A DNA stretch of 64,000 nucleotides, taken from positions 1 through 64,000 of the IMG/VR virus record IMGVR_UViG_3300045988_174111; one strand, 5' to 3'. Position numbers and translations under genes: made by a program. The notes below the pieces were generated by a model, which worked only from the letters and a program-made list of their open reading frames with translations, was not told the origin of the DNA and made no database searches. Within the stretch, counting starts at the first letter, position 1; each line of letters begins with the position of its first letter. Source of the DNA: a virus. Positions 8,376-16,039 of this stretch are shown here, piece after piece.

Positions 8376-8891
8376 TTAAAGTTTATTTGATTTAATAATG
8401 CGTTTTAATCTCTCGCTATACCCTCTCTTTTCGGCATATACTTTGTCTAAATAACGAAAATATTCTTCTTTCGACAAGTGTCTTGCAAATGTACTTTGCC
8501 AAATTGCATAATCAGCAATACATTCTTTCCAGGAATTAAAACGGGCATGGCCCATCATTGTTCCGACAGCTAAAGTGGGGCGACTTCCGGGGACTTTCAT
8601 CCCCAGACAGTTATGCCCTTCCTTAAAAAGTTTTGAAGTAAATCTTCCTGATTCTTCTATACATTGAGCCATCACTATATCAGGATGGTCAATTCGAAGT
8701 TGAAAGATGTAGTCATACACTTCATCAAAGATTTCTCCGTTGATGTCTTCCTGAATTTCGGCTTTTGGCTCTTCTGCCAAGACAGGTTCAGAAGAATCAC
8801 ATGATTTCATCAAAATTATTGCCAAAACAATTACCCCAATTATCAAAGATATTCTCAGGGAAACGTAATTTAGTTGAAAAGATTTTTTCAT
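8376..8891 (-). CDS. GH73 glucosaminidase-type peptidoglycan hydrolase (putative endolysin) with N-terminal hydrophobic anchor
   Basis: AQCIEESGRFTSKLFKEGHNCLGMK resembles the glucosaminidase motif AQxxxESGxG..NNxFGIK. N-terminus LIIGVIVLAIILMKSC is a signal-anchor or lipoprotein-like segment. Confidence 0.65.
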   Translation of the reverse strand: MKKSFQLNYVSLRISLIIGVIVLAIILMKSCDSSEPVLAEEPKAEIQEDINGEIFDEVYDYIFQLRIDHPDIVMAQCIEESGRFTSKLFKEGHNCLGMKVPGSRPTLAVGTMMGHARFNSWKECIADYAIWQSTFARHLSKEEYFRYLDKVYAEKRGYSERLKRIIKSNKL

Positions 8892-8892
8892 A

Positions 8893-9114
8893 TTAAAAGT
8901 CTATGATTGGTTTATTCTTGTATTTCTTAGGCAAATTCTTTGAAAATGTTTTACTTATCCATCGAAAATTGCAATTGAAACAAAAGCCTTGCGACTCAAG
9001 AAACGCTTTCAAACGGTCTTCAATCACGGCATCACACGTGTCAGACTCTTTAAGAACTGTCCTATAATTATTTGCAAATTCCTTGCTACATATAAAAACT
9101 ACTTTTTCTTCCAT
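8893..9114 (-). CDS. Hypothetical protein
   Basis: 73-aa ORF, tightly packed in the array. Confidence 0.5.
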   Translation of the reverse strand: MEEKVVFICSKEFANNYRTVLKESDTCDAVIEDRLKAFLESQGFCFNCNFRWISKTFSKNLPKKYKNKPIIDF

Positions 9115-9117
9115 GTT

Positions 9118-9609
9118 CTAATTATTAAGTTCATTTATCAATTCAGTTGGCTCAAAAATTGAAGGATATTCTTCCATTTGTTTGCTAACAGAAGAAGTGA
9201 AATCCAAATGATATGTTTCGTCAATGACACAGAATTGCTGAACTACTTCGCTCCAGCGAAGAACATTCTTAGGAATCCAAGTAGCTCCCAGTTCTTTGTT
9301 TATTACCCTCCAGGCCTTATCAGTGCAATGTGTCACAGCTGCAACCCTCAAGCCCCCGTCATAGAAAAACCGAACCAGTGCACTTTTGAATATATATCTA
9401 CGAATGTATGGTTTTTCGCTTACGACTGTTTCGTTTATTTCTTCCTCTTTTAGCCCTTCTAAGGAATTTTCAGTATATAGGTCTGATAAGTGTCCGCGAA
9501 GGGATACGTTCCCTCCCTCAAGAAACTCTATTGAGTCGTAGATTACTTGTTTGACAGTGCCGTCACTGAACGTAACGGTCACTGGCTTATTATTCTGATT
9601 GATTTCCAT
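9118..9609 (-). CDS. Hypothetical protein
   Basis: 163-aa ORF, tightly packed in the array. Confidence 0.6.
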   Translation of the reverse strand: MEINQNNKPVTVTFSDGTVKQVIYDSIEFLEGGNVSLRGHLSDLYTENSLEGLKEEEINETVVSEKPYIRRYIFKSALVRFFYDGGLRVAAVTHCTDKAWRVINKELGATWIPKNVLRWSEVVQQFCVIDETYHLDFTSSVSKQMEEYPSIFEPTELINELNN

Positions 9610-9616
9610 ATCGGGA

Positions 9617-9931
9617 TTATTTTGAAATGTACATACTATTCAGCGGAGACTCTATCATACGATACAGTACGAGCGTCCCTGTTTCAACGCATTTAATTAC
9701 AATATCCCACGCGAAACGGGGTGAACCATCGGCTGGCGATATGTTTGTAATTATTTCGTAATGATTTTCGCTCCCTACAAACCATTCACCTCTTTCAGTG
9801 AGGTCAATGATTGTTTGCATTTGCTGAAATGCCTTTCTTGTAGAAGTGATTGAAAACGCCACGTCAGCGATACCCCATGCTCCATTTATTTGTTGAGCGG
9901 TGATGATGTTGTAAACTGATTTCTGTCCCAT
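9617..9931 (-). CDS. Hypothetical protein
   Basis: Track ORF starts at 9985 but would include the promoter -7 box at 9961-9968. Start taken at MGQKS (ATG 9929-9931). Confidence 0.55.
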   Translation of the reverse strand: MGQKSVYNIITAQQINGAWGIADVAFSITSTRKAFQQMQTIIDLTERGEWFVGSENHYEIITNISPADGSPRFAWDIVIKCVETGTLVLYRMIESPLNSMYISK

Positions 9932-9960
9932 AACCAAATGATTTAAATTGTTTGACGGAA

Positions 9961-9991
9961 CAAATATAGTGGCATTATTTGACATTCCAAA
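9961..9991 (-). promoter_or_regulatory. Bacteroidota-type promoter (TTTG-N19-TATATTTG)
   Basis: -7 at 9961-9968, -33 at 9988-9991. The flank TTTGACGGAACAAATATAGTGG is identical to that of the promoter at 20010. Confidence 0.7.
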
Positions 9992-10030
9992 GAGTTTCCC
10001 GATAAATTCGTCAAAATTTTTCCAAACAGG

Positions 10031-10201
10031 CTACTGCGGTCGGCTTATACGGGTGATTTTATGCTTACGACGCTCGTACCGTTCATTCTCGACAAACGGC
10101 TTTCCTTCGAGTTGAGCCTCAACCTTTGCTTTCCAATAATCCCTTTCAGCCGTGATACGGTTGGTCAACCGTATCATCAGCATAACTCTGTTCACTTTCA
10201 T
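10031..10201 (-). CDS. Small hypothetical protein (56 aa), below the ORF-track cutoff
   Basis: ATGA overlap with the stop of 10198..10632. Translation MKVNRVMLMIRLTNRITAERDYWKAKVEAQLEGKPFVENERYERRKHKITRISRPQ. Confidence 0.4.
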   Translation of the reverse strand: MKVNRVMLMIRLTNRITAERDYWKAKVEAQLEGKPFVENERYERRKHKITRISRPQ

Positions 10202-10632
10202 AGGACTTCAATGATTTGTTCGATGTGAAACTTTCTGACCTTTCCCTCTTCCAAATCCTTCCCGGATAGGTGCTGACCTCGTCTTTCGTCTATCTTTATC
10301 ACACGATAGGCTCTCTTAGGAAGTACCATCCGTCCGACAACGTGTTTGTCAGGCATACCAAACTCTTCGAAGCGTACCTTAACAGTATCCCCGACCTTTA
10401 CCCTGTCACGCATTTCCTCGAAACTCTTGAAGTCGAACACAGGGGTTCTGGCTCCTGAATGGTTTAGGAACTTCGTCAACTCGTCACGGAGGTTTCTCAC
10501 CTCTCCCATGGACATCACCTGAAAGAACGATGCCGTCGTTCCGTCGGTGATTCCTACTTTCACGGTTCGCCCATACTTGTCAGGCTCTTCCGTCTGAATG
10601 ATTGGTTTCAATGTCTTCATTTTTATCTTCAT
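10198..10632 (-). CDS. Hypothetical protein
   Basis: 144-aa ORF in the GC-richer block. Confidence 0.6.
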   Translation of the reverse strand: MKIKMKTLKPIIQTEEPDKYGRTVKVGITDGTTASFFQVMSMGEVRNLRDELTKFLNHSGARTPVFDFKSFEEMRDRVKVGDTVKVRFEEFGMPDKHVVGRMVLPKRAYRVIKIDERRGQHLSGKDLEEGKVRKFHIEQIIEVL

Positions 10633-10819
10633 TTATAAACTGTTTCATAAACGGACAATCATCTCCACAGGGGTAAACCATACCATCACCTCCGGGGTCT
10701 TGCCACGTAGGTAAGGCACGCAAGTCGGCTGTGCAACACGTTTGACCATCTCCGAGGAGAGTAGTATTGAAATGCTCACAAGTTCTTCTGTGTGCTTCTA
10801 TTTCTTCTTTTGTCTTCAT
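10580..10819 (-). CDS. Hypothetical Cys-rich protein
   Basis: 79-aa ORF. The 53-nt overlap with the next gene is unusual for this genome. Confidence 0.45.
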   Translation of the reverse strand: MKTKEEIEAHRRTCEHFNTTLLGDGQTCCTADLRALPTWQDPGGDGMVYPCGDDCPFMKQFINEDKNEDIETNHSDGRA

Positions 10820-10958
10820 TGTAACATTCTTTTGAGCAGTAGTGTTTATTCCCTGATACTATCCAATCGTAACGTCGTATCTCGGCATTAGAGCCTCCTC
10901 GGGTGTGAATAACCGCACCACAGACATCACACGTATATTCGTACCATTTCGTCTTCAT
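10776..10958 (-). CDS. Small zinc-ribbon protein (putative)
   Basis: CDVCG...HYCSKEC gives a CxxC...CxxxC arrangement. Confidence 0.45.
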   Translation of the reverse strand: MKTKWYEYTCDVCGAVIHTRGGSNAEIRRYDWIVSGNKHYCSKECYNEDKRRNRSTQKNL

Positions 10959-10959
10959 C

Positions 10960-11169
10960 CTACCTTAGATTTTCTTCTGAAGTTTCAGCCGTGTAATAGC
11001 ATCCCTGCGGGAGTTTTCCATGCTCTCTGATATAGTTGTCTCGATGCTTTATGCAAAGGTCGCTACGACAAGCGCAGACCGACCCCTCGAAGCAACACGG
11101 GTAACAAGATGGGTTCTTCTGACCCAAGTGTATTTCGTACCCATCCTCTGTGGTGATTAGTTTGCTCAT
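10960..11169 (-). CDS. Small Cys-rich protein
   Basis: 69 aa with 8 Cys (CYPCCFEGSVCACRSDLC). Confidence 0.5.
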   Translation of the reverse strand: MSKLITTEDGYEIHLGQKNPSCYPCCFEGSVCACRSDLCIKHRDNYIREHGKLPQGCYYTAETSEENLR

Positions 11170-11184
11170 GATATATTGGATTAA

Positions 11185-11262
11185 TTATTCACGATGTCTA
11201 TATTCGAAATAACGTAGTGCTCCCAGTATCAGAAGCACTACGAATGTCAGGATTTCCTTCAT
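11185..11262 (-). CDS. Possible 25-aa hydrophobic micropeptide
   Basis: MKEILTFVVLLILGALRYFEYRHRE fills the gap between two genes. Speculative. Confidence 0.25.
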   Translation of the reverse strand: MKEILTFVVLLILGALRYFEYRHRE

Positions 11263-11271
11263 GACTGAGCC

Positions 11272-11940
11272 TTATTTAGTTCCCAGAGCCTTGTTAGCAC
11301 GCTCGATTTTACGCTTGAGGGAAGCGATACGGTGGCGGATAGCCTTGGCGTCTTCCTTTGACAGTTTAGCGAACTCCTCAGCATTAGCAACCAAAGCCTC
11401 TTTCTCAGCAAGTTCCTCAGAGTATTTAGTCAGACGAGTTTCAGCGTCACCGACACGGGGAGTAGACTTCTTTTCGCTCTCTACAGAGGCTTTCTTTTCA
11501 GCTTTCTGAGCCTTGTCAGTCTTTTCTTTATTTTCGGCTTTAGAAGCCCTTTTGAGCTCTTCTTCAGTTTTTACTGGCTGAGCTGGCTTGATGTACTTTT
11601 CAACATTTTTCTGTATTTCAGCCTGACGAGCACGCTCTTCACGTTCAGCCTTTTCTTCTTCACGATGGCGAGCTTCAATTTCAGCATCTTTTAGACCCAT
11701 GTAAATTGTGTAGAAGCGACCATAAGCATCAAAAAGTTCTTTCTTAGAATTTGCTTCGGTGTATTCGATAGGAGAGAACTTACTGTTCATTGCCTTGATA
11801 GCAGCACAGATGTCATTAATAGCAGCGACCATGTTAGGTTTGCTGATGTACTTGATAGCTTTCTTTTCATTAAGCATATCTTCATTTACTTTGAAAGAAG
11901 TTACATTCTCAGAAGCGGTGTTAATTACATTTGTTTTCAT
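11272..11940 (-). CDS. Hypothetical K/E/A-rich coiled-coil protein
   Basis: 222-aa ORF with a long charged helical C-terminal half. Has its own promoter. Confidence 0.65.
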   Translation of the reverse strand: MKTNVINTASENVTSFKVNEDMLNEKKAIKYISKPNMVAAINDICAAIKAMNSKFSPIEYTEANSKKELFDAYGRFYTIYMGLKDAEIEARHREEEKAEREERARQAEIQKNVEKYIKPAQPVKTEEELKRASKAENKEKTDKAQKAEKKASVESEKKSTPRVGDAETRLTKYSEELAEKEALVANAEEFAKLSKEDAKAIRHRIASLKRKIERANKALGTK

Positions 11941-11986
11941 GACTAAATTGTTTTAAAGATTTGACTTATTATTGATTTTGATGTTG

Positions 11987-12017
11987 CAAATGTAGTGGTT
12001 TCAATTGAATCAGCAAA
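11987..12017 (-). promoter_or_regulatory. Bacteroidota-type promoter (TTTG-N19-TACATTTG)
   Basis: -7 at 11987-11994, -33 at 12014-12017. Confidence 0.7.
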
Positions 12018-12046
12018 GAGTTTATCCGGAAATTCTTCAAATATTT

Positions 12047-12370
12047 TCAAGATTTTTCTGAAATCGTCTCTACACTCCACTTGAACCGCTCCGGATAAAA
12101 CTCGGCATTGTAACGAACCTCACGAAACGGATGCTTGTCAGCCAGTATCTTCAGGGTCTCTTCGAGGAACTTCTTGGGGATACCTATATGAGTATCATCG
12201 ATAGGAGTAACCACACGTTTCGGGAGCCACCTGTTAAAGAAGAATTCCTTCCCCTCACCGCATACAGGGTGTCCGGGGTTCTCAACTATCCAGAACGTCA
12301 CACGATACTGAACAGCCTTTTCGGTCTCACCGATTTTCTCAACTGTTAGTGTTCTCATCTCTGATTCCAT
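12047..12370 (-). CDS. Hypothetical protein
   Basis: 107-aa ORF. Confidence 0.55.
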   Translation of the reverse strand: MESEMRTLTVEKIGETEKAVQYRVTFWIVENPGHPVCGEGKEFFFNRWLPKRVVTPIDDTHIGIPKKFLEETLKILADKHPFREVRYNAEFYPERFKWSVETISEKS

Positions 12371-12593
12371 TTAAGAATACATATCCAACCTTGCTTGGCT
12401 TGTAAGCCATTTGAGCGTGTGGGCGTTCACCTATCCATCCACCGATAGTGGTAAGGACTTGCCAATCAGAACTCCACACGCTTCCGTCATTCATTTCTTT
12501 GAGTTTATTGTATATCTTAATACAGTCCTCAGCATTCTCTCTGTGCTCCTCTACCTGTAATTGCTCCTGGAGCCTGTCGTATATCTTTCCCAT
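12339..12593 (-). CDS. Hypothetical protein
   Basis: 84-aa ORF. Confidence 0.5.
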   Translation of the reverse strand: MGKIYDRLQEQLQVEEHRENAEDCIKIYNKLKEMNDGSVWSSDWQVLTTIGGWIGERPHAQMAYKPSKVGYVFLNGIRDENTNS

Positions 12594-12614
12594 ATTTCTT
12601 ATTGATTTGCACTG

Positions 12615-12812
12615 TTATCCCCATATCACATAGTTCAGGAAACGAACCACACCGTCCCACCACTCAAAGAATATCTTCATTCCCCACAGGAATAGGAAGA
12701 CGAACACGGCTATCCAAAACCGCTGCCACCATACCCTGTACTTCTTTACTAACTTCTTTCTTCCGAAGCGTCCCCAGAAGAACTCAAATACTGTCCAAAT
12801 TATTCTTTCCAT
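12615..12812 (-). CDS. Small membrane protein (putative)
   Basis: W/F-rich, with one clear hydrophobic helix (FWIAVFVFLFLWGMKIFF). Confidence 0.45.
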   Translation of the reverse strand: MERIIWTVFEFFWGRFGRKKLVKKYRVWWQRFWIAVFVFLFLWGMKIFFEWWDGVVRFLNYVIWG

Positions 12813-12817
12813 GATGA

Positions 12818-13105
12818 TTATAGTGTTATATTATTTTCAACGGCTGCAACAGCCAATATCCATGATTGCTTGTCACTGATGAACGCAACTTTCTTTCCGT
12901 AGGGGTTCATCGTCTTGTCGACTGTTTCGGCTATCTTAGCAGCGAAGCCGTCTGTCGCCTGTACTTTACTGATGAACTGCCCGAGAGCATTGAAAGCGAT
13001 GTCGAAATAGGAGTTGTTATTCCAGCGGTCAGTTCCCGCCATATCCTTGATTTCATTCGCTAACTTCTGAGCCTGTTTATACTGTTCTGAACCTTTCTGT
13101 AACAT
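12818..13105 (-). CDS. Hypothetical protein
   Basis: Track start 13141 overlaps the promoter -7 box. Start taken at MLQKGSEQ (ATG 13103-13105). Confidence 0.55.
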   Translation of the reverse strand: MLQKGSEQYKQAQKLANEIKDMAGTDRWNNNSYFDIAFNALGQFISKVQATDGFAAKIAETVDKTMNPYGKKVAFISDKQSWILAVAAVENNITL

Positions 13106-13138
13106 AGTTTGTTTCCTCCTTTGATTTAATTGACTGAG

Positions 13139-13169
13139 CAAATGTACTGGGTTCTATCGACATATCAAA
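13139..13169 (-). promoter_or_regulatory. Bacteroidota-type promoter (TTTG-N19-TACATTTG)
   Basis: -7 at 13139-13146, -33 at 13166-13169. Confidence 0.7.
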
Positions 13170-13172
13170 GAA

Positions 13173-13194
13173 ATCCCGGAAGAAATTCCGGGAT
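13173..13194 (-). terminator. Hairpin terminator ATCCCGGA-N6-TCCGGGAT
   Basis: 8-bp stem. The same stem sequence recurs at 15258-15279. Confidence 0.6.
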
Positions 13195-13205
13195 ATCCTC
13201 AAGAT

Positions 13206-13997
13206 TTATTTCTTTAACTGTTTGAGATGAGCTATGTAACGAGCATGAAGACATTGTATGTTATAGCCACCAGCCAAGATACAACTCGTTTTAAAGAGAT
13301 AACGACTTCCGGCTGTAATTACTACCCACTCGCCTACATAGTTGCCCTGCTGACCGTGAAAAGAGATAAGGTCGAACGATTGTATCTCATCCTTTATAGG
13401 AGCGAGTTTCTTTTCCACCTGACCCATGAGTTTAGCTGTGGCAGCAGCGATGATGAACTTTACCTCTGACTCACGCTTTGCTTCGAACTCCTCACGTGTC
13501 TTGCAGTAGAAGAACAGGTTCAGGATTCCTGACTTCTGAAGTTCCTCGTTCTTTTTGATTGACGGGTGGTTACGATAGGAGGTCGGTTTGGTTCTGTCCC
13601 ATACTATCTCATCCTCATGAGTGTACCCGCACAGGCTGTAATACTGACGACGAAGAGCCGTGTTCTCAACTGTCTGTATTGACTTCGGGTATCTTTCCTC
13701 ATTTTCTTCGAGACGTTTACGAGCGTCGGCTTTCTTTGCCTCATCAGGTAGTTCGCCCATACAGTTAGGAGTCGTGCCTTCAGCTATCATCGTGTAAAGA
13801 CGCTTGATACTTTCGTAGTCCTTAACTCTCAACTCATGATTGTGAATGTACCACTCTGATGACTTGTACAGGCTCAGAGCCTCTTGGTATGTATTCCAAC
13901 CCTGTTCCCAGAACTTTTCGATAGAGGCTCTTAACTCGTCGAGTGTTACTTGAGCCGTTGCTAATACTTCTTTCTGAATGTCTTGTACTGTTTTCAT
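13206..13997 (-). CDS. Hypothetical protein
   Basis: 263-aa ORF with its own promoter and terminator. Confidence 0.65.
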   Translation of the reverse strand: MKTVQDIQKEVLATAQVTLDELRASIEKFWEQGWNTYQEALSLYKSSEWYIHNHELRVKDYESIKRLYTMIAEGTTPNCMGELPDEAKKADARKRLEENEERYPKSIQTVENTALRRQYYSLCGYTHEDEIVWDRTKPTSYRNHPSIKKNEELQKSGILNLFFYCKTREEFEAKRESEVKFIIAAATAKLMGQVEKKLAPIKDEIQSFDLISFHGQQGNYVGEWVVITAGSRYLFKTSCILAGGYNIQCLHARYIAHLKQLKK

Positions 13998-14027
13998 GAC
14001 TTTTTGATGTTATTGATTTGACTGATA

Positions 14028-14057
14028 CAAATATAGTCATTCCGAATGACTCAGCAA
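14028..14057 (-). promoter_or_regulatory. Bacteroidota-type promoter, degenerate -33 (ATTG-N18-TATATTTG)
   Basis: -7 TATATTTG at 14028-14035, 31 nt upstream of the ATG at 13997. Confidence 0.5.
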
Positions 14058-14170
14058 TGAACCATCCGGAATTTTCTTGAAGATTTCTTCGATTGACCGA
14101 TTTTTAGTCGGTATAACCCATCCTGAAACCGTTTCCGCACCTTTCTTTAGGAACCTGTTCCATTTTCCCC
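14037..14170 (-). other. Out-of-frame (-1) continuation of the J-domain gene
   Basis: After ..IKAAG the -1 frame reads GKWNRFLKKGAETVSGWVIPTKNRSIEEIFKKIPDGSLLSHSE. This recreates a [LI]K..GG.WN...W.IP module also seen at the SNF2 N-terminus (VKKFAGAGWNPQNKEWYIP). The shift lies in GGGGAAAA (plus strand TTTTCCCC, 14163-14170). Confidence 0.55.
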
Positions 14171-14950
14171 TGCAGCCTTAATTGAGTCCTTTATGGGCTT
14201 TGTATCACCAAACACTGCATAGCTCTTTTCGCTGTATTGAATTATTTCGATGTCAGCTTCCTTGACAGGTTCAGATACAGTCGTTGACGGGGTAGAGGGT
14301 TCAGACTTAATTCGAGCCGTCTTGTGGATTTCCTGCCAGCCCTCTTCTCCGGCTACTTCTTCGAAGAGATAGAAGTTAACGTCGAAATAATCTGTCATTG
14401 CATCGCTGTCGTCGTAGTTATAGCTCATACAGTATTCGACAACGTCCTTCATTACAACTTCCGCCTCAGGAACGATTCTATTGTCAGTGTCATGATATCT
14501 GTATGAAGTTTGAACCCCGTACTTTCTTGAGCATTCATCTGTCTTTGAGATTCCAGCCGAAATCGGGCCACCCTTTAACTCAATACGAATCTCCGCACAC
14601 ATGGAAGCGAAGTGACAGCGAACTGAAAACTTCCATTGATTCCACTGTTCCTTACAGTATTCGCGAACGAGTCGGGCGATGTCCTTAGTATCCAGCTTTC
14701 CGTCGTATCTTGAACCTTCCCAACCGTATTGAGTGTAGAAGCGACGGCGAGATTCTGCCCCTGTCTTGTCAGCCGGACGCATTTCCTCAGGAAGTCTGTT
14801 CACCCATATCTTATACAGTTCATCGTACTCAGTGTTGATTTCTTTCATCACCTGTTCTGAGCCGCCTCTGTCGGGGTGATTGGCAATTGCTAAAGTTCTA
14901 TACTGGCTTTTCAAAGAAGCAAATGAATCAATGTTATTGAAGTATTTCAT
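14147..14950 (-). CDS. J-domain (DnaJ-like) protein, as encoded; C-terminus probably truncated by a frameshift
   Basis: J-domain signature LKSQYRTLAIANHPDRGGSEQVMKEINTEYDELYKIW with HPD. Start taken at MKYFNN (ATG 14948-14950), because the track extension to 15127 overlaps the upstream gene. Confidence 0.8.
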   Translation of the reverse strand: MKYFNNIDSFASLKSQYRTLAIANHPDRGGSEQVMKEINTEYDELYKIWVNRLPEEMRPADKTGAESRRRFYTQYGWEGSRYDGKLDTKDIARLVREYCKEQWNQWKFSVRCHFASMCAEIRIELKGGPISAGISKTDECSRKYGVQTSYRYHDTDNRIVPEAEVVMKDVVEYCMSYNYDDSDAMTDYFDVNFYLFEEVAGEEGWQEIHKTARIKSEPSTPSTTVSEPVKEADIEIIQYSEKSYAVFGDTKPIKDSIKAAGENGTGS

Positions 14951-14960
14951 GGCTATAAAT

Positions 14961-15182
14961 TTAGAAGTTATTGAATGCGCTTTGTTTGATTTCTTGATAA
15001 CAGTATTTTCTGGCTTCGTTGTATTTCTTGTCATCCTCGCTGTCAAGATTGTCATACGCCTGAGAATTATGAGAAAGAACTTTGACTTCGTTACCTTTGT
15101 AACAGGCTTCGATAATATAGTTTCCATACCCTTCGGTTTTCTTCATTACAAATTCAACTTTTCTAAATGAACCTCTTTTCAT
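14961..15182 (-). CDS. Hypothetical protein
   Basis: Track start 15224 lies in the promoter -7 box. Start taken at MKRGSFRK (ATG 15180-15182). Confidence 0.5.
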   Translation of the reverse strand: MKRGSFRKVEFVMKKTEGYGNYIIEACYKGNEVKVLSHNSQAYDNLDSEDDKKYNEARKYCYQEIKQSAFNNF

Positions 15183-15223
15183 GACTGTATAATTTAATTT
15201 GTTTGACTTTTTATTTAACACCA

Positions 15224-15231
15224 CAAAGGTA
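15224..15231 (-). promoter_or_regulatory. -7 box TACCTTTG (no clear -33)
   Basis: Exact TAnnTTTG in the same CACAAAGGTA context as the other promoters. Confidence 0.45.
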
Positions 15232-15257
15232 ATGCGATTATTTGAAATAAAAAAGAA

Positions 15258-15279
15258 ATCCCGGAAATATTTCCGGGAT
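15258..15279 (-). terminator. Hairpin terminator ATCCCGGA-N6-TCCGGGAT
   Basis: Same stem as 13173-13194. Lies 6 nt after the stop of 15285..15977. Confidence 0.6.
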
Positions 15280-15284
15280 ATTCA

Positions 15285-15977
15285 TTATTTTTTGGCCCAT
15301 TTTTCAAAAAGCTGATAATAACTACTACGAATAAACAGCATATCACCGCTTCCGTCTCCCCACCAATCGTGACGCTGAGTAATATATTGGCCAATTCCGT
15401 TGTTGGGGCAAAGCTTGTTATATATAGCATTGAACATTCCTGAAATTTTTTTACCTGAGAAATGCCCAGCCTTCTTAGCATCGTTTGTGCAATAGCCATA
15501 AGAATAATCTTCAACAACCTTACCATCCTCATCAAGAAAGTTCTCTTCAGTATCTCCCCAAAACCCTTCTTTAATTGTGTCTTTTAGAAGTTGTTTCTGT
15601 TCATCAGACAGGTCTTTAAGAATTTCTTCAACAGTAGGAAATTCATTTACCTTGTTTTCAGGCGTGATATTTGTCAGGTTACCATTCTTGTCCAGGAACT
15701 CAACCTTAATCTTTTCAGGCTCGCTTTTCCCCTTTTCCCATAACAGCTCGTCTTCACCACTACCACCGAAGAATGTAACCTTTGTCATCTCTTTACGTCT
15801 TTCCTTCAGTTCTTTAACCATTTCAGCACCCTTTTCATTAATAAATCTTTCATCTATCACCATGTAGTCCTCTTCTTCGTTACCGTTAAAAACTACAAAG
15901 TAATAAGCATTATCACATACCCAATTATGACGGATAGCTTTCTTTAACTCACTAAATATTTGACTCTTTGTTTTCAT
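15285..15977 (-). CDS. Hypothetical protein
   Basis: 230-aa ORF with its own promoter and terminator. Confidence 0.65.
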   Translation of the reverse strand: MKTKSQIFSELKKAIRHNWVCDNAYYFVVFNGNEEEDYMVIDERFINEKGAEMVKELKERRKEMTKVTFFGGSGEDELLWEKGKSEPEKIKVEFLDKNGNLTNITPENKVNEFPTVEEILKDLSDEQKQLLKDTIKEGFWGDTEENFLDEDGKVVEDYSYGYCTNDAKKAGHFSGKKISGMFNAIYNKLCPNNGIGQYITQRHDWWGDGSGDMLFIRSSYYQLFEKWAKK

Positions 15978-16008
15978 GGCTTATATTGTTTTATTGTTTT
16001 TGATAGAA

Positions 16009-16039
16009 CAAAGGTAGTGGATTCTGATGAATCATCAAA
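16009..16039 (-). promoter_or_regulatory. Bacteroidota-type promoter (TTTG-N19-TACCTTTG)
   Basis: -7 at 16009-16016, -33 at 16036-16039. Confidence 0.7.

Noticed and set aside
14094-14112. Short hairpin ACCGA-TTTTTAG-TCGGT first taken as the terminator of the J-domain gene
   Set aside because: The stem is only 5 bp, and it lies inside the out-of-frame continuation that most likely encodes the true C-terminus of the J-domain protein.
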